Origin: an uncultured Oscillospiraceae bacterium
GTDB taxonomy: Bacteria; Bacillota; Clostridia; Oscillospirales; Acutalibacteraceae
Direction of reading: 5' to 3'
DNA: 27,570 bases
Assembly (NCBI GenBank): GCA_900550095.1
Contig: URRG01000001.1
Coordinates: forward strand, 1 to 27,570
In this document: piece after piece, positions 10,121 to 17,311 of the stretch
How positions within the stretch are numbered: the stretch's first letter is position 1
Layout of the letters: every line of letters starts with the position of its first letter
The notes under the pieces: generated by a model
Told to the model about the DNA's origin: nothing
Seen by the model: only the letters and a program-made list of their open reading frames with translations
Database searches by the model: none
Program-made: the position numbers and the translations under genes

Positions 10121-11299
10121 ATGCAGTATGATTTTGAAACACTGGTGGACCGGCGGGAGGCCGGGGCGGAAAAGTGGGAGCTGATCCGCGGAAAGGACGG
10201 CGCGTTTCCGGAGGGAGTAGTGCCCTTTTCCATAGCGGATATGGAATTTGCCCTGGCCCCGGAGATCCGGGACGGGCTGAAAAAAGTTCTGGATACGGAG
10301 GTAATGGGCTACACCTGCATGAACGAGGCCTATAAGGCGGCTGTGTGTTCCTGGATGGAACGCCGCCATGGCTGGAAGATCGAAAAGGAGTGGATCTGCC
10401 CTTCCAACGGTGTTGTGCCCGCTTTGGGAGCGGCGGTAAGGGCCTTTGGCGGGGAGAACTGCGGCGTTATCATTATGCCTCCCATTTACCCGCCTTTCTT
10501 CGGAGCTTCCCGGGAAAAGGGCAGCCATACGGTGGAATGCCCCCTAATCAACAATGGCGGCCGCTATGAGATCGATTTTGAGGCCTTTGAAAAAGCCGCG
10601 GCGGCGCCCGAGAATAAAATTTTTCTCCTCTGCAGCCCTCACAATCCGGTGGGCCGTGTCTGGAGTGAGGAGGAACTCAGAAAGCTGGGGGATATCTGCC
10701 TGAAGCACGATCTGCTGGTGGTTTCTGATGAGATCCATTTTGACCTGATCATGCCGGGCTGCACCCACACGGTGTTTACGAAGGCTGTGCCGGAGCTTCA
10801 AAAGCGCACCGTCGTGTGCACGGCCCCCAGCAAGACCTTTAATATCGCGGGCATGCAGACTTCCAATATCATCATAGCGGATCCCGATATGCGGGAGGCA
10901 TTTCGCAAGGAGCTTCATGGCGGACCGAGTTTTCTGGGATTCAGGGCCTGTGAAGCGGCCTATACCGGGGCGGAGCCTTGGCTGGATGAATGCCTGCAGG
11001 TTATCAAGAAGAATTCCGATCTGGTGGACGGCTTCTTGAAGGAGCGCCTGCCCTGGGCCGTGGCCTCTCCCCTGGAGGGAACCTATCTGAAATGGGTGGA
11101 TTTTACCCGCTCCGGCCTTTCCAAAGAAGAGCTGGAAGAAAGAATGGTCTCCCATGGCCTGTATCTGGACGAGGGTTATATCTTCGGCAAGGAAGGGGAG
11201 GGCTTCGAACGCATCAACATCGCCTGCCCCGAGCATGTTCTGGGCGAAGCGTTGAAACGGCTGGCGGATGCCCTGGGAGATATACAGGTAAAGGAATAA
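10121..11299 (+). CDS. patB: PatB/MalY-family PLP-dependent C-S lyase (cystathionine beta-lyase-like), 392 aa
   Basis: SD AAGGGAGG, ATG 10121; IADMEF, LCSPHNPVGRVW, SDEIH, APSKTFN (PLP lysine), FERINIACP. Confidence 0.88.
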   Translation: MQYDFETLVDRREAGAEKWELIRGKDGAFPEGVVPFSIADMEFALAPEIRDGLKKVLDTEVMGYTCMNEAYKAAVCSWMERRHGWKIEKEWICPSNGVVPALGAAVRAFGGENCGVIIMPPIYPPFFGASREKGSHTVECPLINNGGRYEIDFEAFEKAAAAPENKIFLLCSPHNPVGRVWSEEELRKLGDICLKHDLLVVSDEIHFDLIMPGCTHTVFTKAVPELQKRTVVCTAPSKTFNIAGMQTSNIIIADPDMREAFRKELHGGPSFLGFRACEAAYTGAEPWLDECLQVIKKNSDLVDGFLKERLPWAVASPLEGTYLKWVDFTRSGLSKEELEERMVSHGLYLDEGYIFGKEGEGFERINIACPEHVLGEALKRLADALGDIQVKE

Positions 11300-11304
11300 G
11301 AAAG

Positions 11305-11350
11305 AAATAAGCTGCCCGGAAGGTCAAACACCTTTCGGGCAGCTTGTTTT
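11305..11350. terminator. Bidirectional intrinsic terminator
   Basis: 20-bp stem AAATAAGCTGCCCGGAAGGT / ACCTTTCGGGCAGCTTGTTT (two G-U), loop CAAAC, between convergent genes. Confidence 0.88.
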
Positions 11351-11385
11351 CGCAGTATATGCAAAAGCAAAAGAAGCTTTTCTCT

Positions 11386-11973
11386 TTATTCCTCTTTCAG
11401 CAGCACGGCTCTGGTGAGAGAAGCCTCCGCACCTGCGAGATAAAGGGGGAAGGCGCAAAGAATATACTCCCCCGGTTCAGCATTTGTGAGGTCGAGCCCT
11501 TCCAGGGCGATGATACCGGCCCCCAAAAGGCCCACATGAGGTGCGGTTTCATCCCCGGCGGCGGCCACACTCTGGGCGTCGGTACCCACCAGCTCCACTC
11601 CGGCCTCCGAAAGGGCGAAGGCGGCGCTCTGAGTCAAAAAGGCCTCCCCGTTCCCGCGGAAGAGGATTTTTTTCTGGCAGGAACCTATGATGCGGTCTAT
11701 ATCCGCCCCGGTGATAAGGCCAACAGCGTCCACCACGGAGCAGGGGCCGTAAAAGCGTTCCAAAGGAATCTGGTCGATGGTTTCGCCGCCCTCTACAAAA
11801 TGAAGGGGAGCGTCCAGATGGGTGGCGGAATGGCAGCCAGAGTAAAAGGCCGAAAGGTTGCACATGTCGCCCTGCTCCATCCGGCGGAGTATCTCCCGAT
11901 GAGGAGCAGGGTCCCCCGGATATACGGATGCGGAAATCAATTCTCTGGAAATATCTATGATTTTCATGGTCAT
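11386..11973 (-). CDS. Cyclase family / arylformamidase (KynB-like) metal hydrolase
   Basis: IIDIS..VYPGDP, HSATHLDAPLHF (HxGTHxDxPxH variant), VGTD, H..LL...IIALEGL, GAEASLTRAVL; SD AAGGAGG. Confidence 0.88.
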   Translation of the reverse strand: MTMKIIDISRELISASVYPGDPAPHREILRRMEQGDMCNLSAFYSGCHSATHLDAPLHFVEGGETIDQIPLERFYGPCSVVDAVGLITGADIDRIIGSCQKKILFRGNGEAFLTQSAAFALSEAGVELVGTDAQSVAAAGDETAPHVGLLGAGIIALEGLDLTNAEPGEYILCAFPLYLAGAEASLTRAVLLKEE

Positions 11974-12044
11974 ACAATCCTCCTTGCAAAGTTATATGGC
12001 TTTCTGCTTTTCAGAAAGACGGTAATAGCTTCAGTAATTCCAGC

Positions 12045-12794
12045 TCAGGCCTCAGGAAGGCGGCCTATAAGCTCAACCATGAGTTTTTGAGACTTTTCTG
12101 CGGCCTCCCGGGCAAATTGAGGATAGTCCACGTGGGCGGTGCTGTCTCCATTGTCGGAAATGGCCCGCAGCACAGTGAAGGGAACTTGATTCATAACGCA
12201 AACCTGCCCGATGCTGCTCCCCTCCATTTCACAAGCCAGGGCGTCGAACTGTTCCCGAATGCGCTTGAAGGTTTCGGGCCCAGCAATAAACTGATCTCCG
12301 GAAGCGATCACGCCCTTGTGAAGCCCGCCGGGATACACTTTGGCGGCGCACTCCAGGGCCAGGTCGGTAAGAGTCGTATCTGTGGGAAGGTATACTTCTT
12401 TCAGGGAAGGTATCTCCCCCAGCTTATAGCCCAAGGCTGTTACATCAAAATCATGCTGCACAACGGAAGAAGCTGCCACTAGATCGCCGATGGCGATACC
12501 TTCCCCAATTCCTCCCGCCACGCCTACGTTGATGACACAGCAGGGGTTGTATCGCAAAAGCATGGTTTGGGCGCAGACGGCGGAATTTACCTTTCCTTCG
12601 CCGCAGACGGAAGCCACGCATTCCCGCTCCCGGATGATCCCCAGATGAAAAACAAGCCCTCCGGCATGTTCCTCCCGGTGGTTCTCCATAGTGGAGACGA
12701 TTTTTTCGATTTCAATATCCATAGCACCGATAATGCCAATACGTTTCCCGGCGTTCTTTTTATTTCCGGCAGGTGTATACTGCGGCATGGTCAT
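12045..12794 (-). CDS. mtnN: 5'-methylthioadenosine/S-adenosylhomocysteine nucleosidase
   Basis: IGIIGAMDIE, GEGKVNSA, INVGVAGG, SGDQF, CEMEG, RAISD. Confidence 0.93.
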   Translation of the reverse strand: MTMPQYTPAGNKKNAGKRIGIIGAMDIEIEKIVSTMENHREEHAGGLVFHLGIIRERECVASVCGEGKVNSAVCAQTMLLRYNPCCVINVGVAGGIGEGIAIGDLVAASSVVQHDFDVTALGYKLGEIPSLKEVYLPTDTTLTDLALECAAKVYPGGLHKGVIASGDQFIAGPETFKRIREQFDALACEMEGSSIGQVCVMNQVPFTVLRAISDNGDSTAHVDYPQFAREAAEKSQKLMVELIGRLPEA

Positions 12795-12847
12795 ACTATT
12801 CCCCCTTAATATTTCAGCGGCGGTTCCCCGCCGGTCTTTGCAAGGAT

Positions 12848-12876
12848 ATTATAAACCGCCCTTGCTTTTCTTGCAA
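12848..12876 (-). promoter_or_regulatory. Sigma70/SigA promoter for mtnN-cyclase
   Basis: Minus strand TTGCAA (12876-12871), 17 bp, TATAAT (12853-12848); AT-rich UP-like tract upstream. Confidence 0.75.
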
Positions 12877-12962
12877 CGCTCTTGTAAAAAGAGAAGAAAA
12901 ATTTCAGAATATAAGAAAAATATTTATAAAATTTTTAAAATTATAATCCGTGAAGGAAAATA

Positions 12963-12973
12963 TGTGGTATACT
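12963..12973 (+). promoter_or_regulatory. Extended -10 promoter (TGTG-G-TATACT)
   Basis: TRTG extension plus TATACT in an AT-rich region; no good -35. Confidence 0.5.
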
Positions 12974-12975
12974 GA

Positions 12976-13187
12976 TATAAACAACGTGAAATTCGCTGTT
13001 TATAAGAGAAATCCTCCCTAACGGCGTGAAACGCCTACGCGCAGAGAGTGCCGGTATGATTTTCCGGCATGGAGAATTGCAAAGGGATGAGGACCAATTT
13101 CAGGTTGGGAGGCGGTATGCACCGTCTCTCATAGGGGAGATTCTCTCTTATGCTATGGGCGGCCTATCTACAGAAGCATGAGAGGGA
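12976..13187 (+). ncRNA. Candidate structured RNA or cis-regulatory leader, family not recognised
   Basis: Closing stem 13002-13020/13132-13151 encloses hairpins 13023-13035, 13048-13070, 13074-13100 and 13106-13131; G-U pairs favour the + strand; alternative pairings exist. Confidence 0.5.
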
Positions 13188-13237
13188 TCGAAAACTACCA
13201 ACATATGATGTAGAAAGCAGAAAGGAATATTGCTACT

Positions 13238-13753
13238 ATGAAAGATAGAATCCATATAGTTGAATTTTATCCTGTAAAAACAGATGGTAATATAGAAGAA
13301 CTGTGCACTCTTGCGGAAGGCATCTGGCATGAGCATTTCACGCCCATTATCGGCGGGGCGCAAGTGGAGTATATGGTGGAAAAATTCCAGTCCGTGCCTG
13401 CGGTGACGGAACAGCTCCGCCAGGGGTATGAGTATTTCCTGCTCCTTTTGGAGGGAAGAGCCGTGGGCTACACAGGAATTCACGCGGAAAACGGGGAGCT
13501 TTTTCTCAGCAAGCTTTATCTGCAGAAGGAAAATCGTGGGAAGGGATATGCCCGGCAGGCCATGAATTTTCTGGAGGATCTCTGCAGACAGAGAGGGCTT
13601 TCTAAAATATGGCTGACGGTAAACCGCCATAATGACAACACCATCGCGGCCTATAAAGCTATGGGGCTTACAATCGTAAGGGAACAGAAGGCGGATATCG
13701 GGGGAGGTTTTTTTATGGACGATTACATAATGGAAAAGCCGGTTTCCCGCTGA
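13238..13753 (+). CDS. GNAT family N-acetyltransferase
   Basis: LSKLYL...RGKGYA (acetyl-CoA motif A), IWLTVNRHN...AYKAMG, DDYIMEK; SD AAAGGA. Confidence 0.9.
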   Translation: MKDRIHIVEFYPVKTDGNIEELCTLAEGIWHEHFTPIIGGAQVEYMVEKFQSVPAVTEQLRQGYEYFLLLLEGRAVGYTGIHAENGELFLSKLYLQKENRGKGYARQAMNFLEDLCRQRGLSKIWLTVNRHNDNTIAAYKAMGLTIVREQKADIGGGFFMDDYIMEKPVSR

Positions 13754-13875
13754 TCCAGGCGGGGATTGTGGAAAACGGCGGGCTTGCAAATACAAAAGCT
13801 GAAAGGAGGTACAAAAAGGGAGAAAACCCGGCATACCGGCCACCGGCCGGAAAGCGTTTTGACGGAAAGGGGAGA

Positions 13876-14544
13876 TATGCCGACACGGAATCTGAAACGG
13901 AACCGGAAGAGGAGAACGGGAAAATATACACGGGCGTTATCTTTGATAACGACAGATCCCAGGAGTTTACGGAGGAAGAGCTTTTAAAGCTTGAGGAAAA
14001 GCTGGAAGCTGTTGAAAAACTAAAAAACGCTCCTGAACCAAGGGTGGTAACCAAAATATCGCTTCCTGGGACTTTTACAATCTATCAGCAGGAAAATGAC
14101 TGGTATTGCGTACCTGCCTGTGTAAAAAGTGCGCTCAAATATATCACGGGGGCTACGTATGAGCAAAGTAAAATCGCTGAAGATATGGGAACTATAATGG
14201 CTGTAGGCACAGAAAGTTCTAAAATTGCTCCTTATATGGATGCGATGCAGAACGAATATTGGTATGTACGCAAAGACAAGCCTACGAAGTCTTCTATAGA
14301 GCTCTATACTTATAATGCTGTTGTAACAAATAAGGTGCCCGCGTTTATGTGTATTATTAATCCTTTAGGTGAAAAATGGCATTATGGGACAAAAGGTCAT
14401 TGCCTGATTATCAATGCAATTTACAGCGATAAATCGAAGGTCCAATTCGCGGATCCTCTGGGCGGAACGCAGCAAGGGTGGCCATATTACTATATTAAAG
14501 ATACGAGCTTTTTGTCCACTGTCTGTGAAAACCTGGTTTGGTAG
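13876..14544 (+). pseudogene. C39-like (papain-fold) cysteine peptidase with disrupted 5' end; catalytic domain intact
   Basis: QQENDWYC (Q-x5-C), GHCLII, FADP triad motifs. The SD-backed ATG 13877 is out of frame with the domain. The ORF-track start 13768 has no well-spaced SD and gives an implausible N-terminus. Confidence 0.6.
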
Positions 14545-14591
14545 TTTGATACCTGTTTTTAAATAGGTGCTTTAGGATTTGGAGGGAAAAA

Positions 14592-15785
14592 ATGAAAAAA
14601 GCACTGGCATTCCTGCTGATTTTCCTCATAACAATATGCCTTACAGCCTGCGGGGACGCTCGGGAACCCTTATATTCACAGACGGACAGAACCGCCGCTG
14701 GAGCCGCAGGCATTGGGTCGGCGGACGGAGAGGAACTCAACGAGCTTCTTCCCATCTATAACGCCCAAAATGAAAAGATCGGGGAAATCAATCTTTTTGG
14801 AACGGTCATGCCGACAAACGGCGGTTTTGTGTATACGGTTCACAGCGGAAGCGCGATGGAGTATTACCAGTATACAGTCTCTAATCAGGAAAGCGTGAAA
14901 CTGGGTTCTGTTGAGAATTGGGCTATGCAGCCGAACGAAGCTGTTTTCCTTCACAATCATTTGTTCATCTTTGTAATGACCGGGGGCGGGGAAACACAGA
15001 TTTTGAAGCTGTTGGATCTGGATTTGGAAAATCATACTCTTTCTGAGGTGTTTTCCGAAGAGGGGGGATTCCCTTATAATACAATGATTGGTTCAGGGGA
15101 TAAACTGCTGATAGCAAGGGCGCTGACCAACGAGACTTGCATACAGGAATATAATGTCCTGACAAATGAAATGAAGGATCTCAAAAGAATTCCGTTTGAT
15201 GATGCAAGAGGCGTAGGCGAAGCGGTTAGGCACATCTGTGCAGACAAGGATACGATCTCCCTTTTGATGCCTGTTATAAAGGATGAGAATTCCGTACGGC
15301 TTCAGGTGAATGTTTATGATACCGCTATGAGTCTTTTGAATTCCGCAGATATTTCTGATATTTCAGCGGATCCTAACGAGCTGCGCCAGGGTGTATCCAA
15401 TTTTGTCTTTTCCGACGGCCTTCTGTATTATGAAAACTTCAGCATGACGAGGTTTTTAGGAAGAGTCACGGATACAGGTTTGGAAAAATGTATGGATGTA
15501 GACAGTCTGTACGTAATGGCATATGAGACGGCTCAGGTTCCGGAAACTAAGCTGTTGTGCCGCTTGTATGACGAGAGCAACGCTCTGTATCTTGTGGATA
15601 TGAAGACCGGGGATATTCGAAAGGGTTCCTTCTTTGCCGACGATAAACGTTACCAGTTTTATAATATGTACAGGGACGCAACCGGCAATGTGATAATGCT
15701 TATGGGATACCGGCATCCGGATACTGGCGCAGAGCTGGAGCCCCGCCTCTACTATGTGAGCGAATCCGACCTGCATTTTTCATAA
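14592..15785 (+). CDS. Lipoprotein of unknown function, paralog 1 (397 aa)
   Basis: MKK + hydrophobic core + lipobox LTAC; SD GGAGGG; motifs shared with paralogs 2 and 3. Confidence 0.88.
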   Translation: MKKALAFLLIFLITICLTACGDAREPLYSQTDRTAAGAAGIGSADGEELNELLPIYNAQNEKIGEINLFGTVMPTNGGFVYTVHSGSAMEYYQYTVSNQESVKLGSVENWAMQPNEAVFLHNHLFIFVMTGGGETQILKLLDLDLENHTLSEVFSEEGGFPYNTMIGSGDKLLIARALTNETCIQEYNVLTNEMKDLKRIPFDDARGVGEAVRHICADKDTISLLMPVIKDENSVRLQVNVYDTAMSLLNSADISDISADPNELRQGVSNFVFSDGLLYYENFSMTRFLGRVTDTGLEKCMDVDSLYVMAYETAQVPETKLLCRLYDESNALYLVDMKTGDIRKGSFFADDKRYQFYNMYRDATGNVIMLMGYRHPDTGAELEPRLYYVSESDLHFS

Positions 15786-15948
15786 AGCCGTTTCGCGCCG
15801 GGGAGAAAACGGGAAGCGCGGCGTACCGGGGCTTAAAGCCTCCAGATTTTTGCAGGCCGCCGGCCCGGTTCCATACTGCGGGGCGTCTGTGCGCCTGAGC
15901 CCGGCATAAAGCGCAGGCTCAGGCGCCCTATGGATCGGAGGGAAAAAG

Positions 15949-17154
15949 ATGAAAAAGGTGTTGGCTCTTCTGCTGGTTTTGACGGTGGCCCTGGGTCTGG
16001 GGGCCTGCGCGGGGCCGGAAGAGATTTCTTCGCAGGCAAACAGGGGAGGAGAGAGCTTCTCCCCCGTATATCCCTACGCGGCTGTCCCCATCTATAACGC
16101 GCAGAATGAGAAAATCGGGGAGCTGGAGCAGTCCGGGAAGATTTTCCCAACGGAAGGCGGGCTGGTGTATACAAAAAGGGCCGAGAACCGGGAAGCGATG
16201 GAATATTACCAGTATACGGCCTCCACCGGGGAAAGTGTAAAAATAGGTTCTGTTCAGGATTGGTTTATACAATCCGATCAGAGCGTTCTTCTTCAGAACC
16301 ATCTGTTCTTTTTTGTAGTGACCGCCACGGACGACGGGAATGTTCTGCGGCTGATGGATCTGGATTTGGAAAATCACACCATGTCGGAGGCGTATGCAGA
16401 GGAAGGCGGGGATTACTATAACCCCATGGCTGCCATGGGAGACAGGATTTTTATTGCAAAACCTATGGAAAATGGGAGCTGCATACAGGAATATGATCCC
16501 TCCTCTAAGAAAATGAGGACCCTCAAAAGCTTTTCCTTTGACAGTGCGAAGAACGTGGGCGAGATGGTAAAGTATCTCTATGCAGACGGGGACACGCTCT
16601 CTGTTTTGATGCTGGAAGCGGAAGAAATAAAGACCGAGGAGGACGGGGCGATCATAGAGCCCTTCGCGCGTCTGCGGGTGGATGTCTACGACAAGGACAT
16701 GAAGCTGCTGGAATCCAGGGATATTTCTGATGTTTCCGACGAAGACGATGAACGGCTCCAAACCGTCACCGGCTTTCTGTATTCCGACGGCCTTTTGTAT
16801 TACCAAAACAACAGCTCCACCCAATTTTTTGGGAAGGTTGGGGACATGAGCCTGATCATGCTCATGTTTCCCGACGATTCGTTCAGAATGGCCCGGGAAA
16901 CGGCTTCGGTCCCGGGGACAAAGCTCTTATACAGCCTGGATGAGGGCAACGCCTTGTATCGTATGGATACGGAGACCGGCGATATGCGGGAGGGCTCCTT
17001 CTCTGCGGATGACGAAAGCTATACGATCCACGGCGTATACAGGGGCACAGGCGGCAACGTATGGATACGCATGGGGAGCAGGGATCCCCTCACCGATGAG
17101 AAGCGGGAGCGCCTTTATTATGTGAGCGAATCCGATTTGAAATTTTCAGAATGA
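15949..17154 (+). CDS. Lipoprotein of unknown function, paralog 2 (401 aa)
   Basis: Lipobox LGAC; PIYNAQNEKIGE, DLDLENHT, CIQEY, RLYYVSESDL. Confidence 0.88.
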   Translation: MKKVLALLLVLTVALGLGACAGPEEISSQANRGGESFSPVYPYAAVPIYNAQNEKIGELEQSGKIFPTEGGLVYTKRAENREAMEYYQYTASTGESVKIGSVQDWFIQSDQSVLLQNHLFFFVVTATDDGNVLRLMDLDLENHTMSEAYAEEGGDYYNPMAAMGDRIFIAKPMENGSCIQEYDPSSKKMRTLKSFSFDSAKNVGEMVKYLYADGDTLSVLMLEAEEIKTEEDGAIIEPFARLRVDVYDKDMKLLESRDISDVSDEDDERLQTVTGFLYSDGLLYYQNNSSTQFFGKVGDMSLIMLMFPDDSFRMARETASVPGTKLLYSLDEGNALYRMDTETGDMREGSFSADDESYTIHGVYRGTGGNVWIRMGSRDPLTDEKRERLYYVSESDLKFSE

Positions 17155-17311
17155 TCGCTGCACCGAGAGAGGAAAAACATGGCATAGGCGGCGCGGCGGG
17201 AAATAAGAGCAAATATCACGGAGCGCTTTTGTGAGCGCCGTTCCGGAAAAATACTGCGGCGCGCCGTCCCGCACGGATATACCGGCGCGCCCACAGATCG
17301 GAGGGGAAAAA

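Noticed and set aside
6434..10528. 1364-aa minus-strand ORF
   Set aside because: Antisense shadow. ntpD, the GH36 gene and patB all lie in the same frame (starts 6566, 7436 and 10121 are congruent mod 3), and GC-rich codon usage avoids TTA/CTA/TCA, so the mirror frame stays open. No recognisable motifs.
13056..13181. 41-codon ORF, and a 5-codon ORF (MHRLS) after GGGAGG, within the structured region
   Set aside because: No coding signal I can support; the base-pairing explains the sequence better.
12976..13187. Assignment to FMN, glycine, SAM, T-box, 6S, tmRNA or SRP families
   Set aside because: Only fragments match (GTGAAATTC, GAGAG...TCAGG); the core consensus elements are missing, so it is left unassigned.
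13768..13875. ORF-track N-terminus of the peptidase
   Set aside because: GTG has no well-spaced SD, and the sequence is GC-rich intergenic-like with no signal peptide. The perfect SD at 13803-13810 has no start codon after it.
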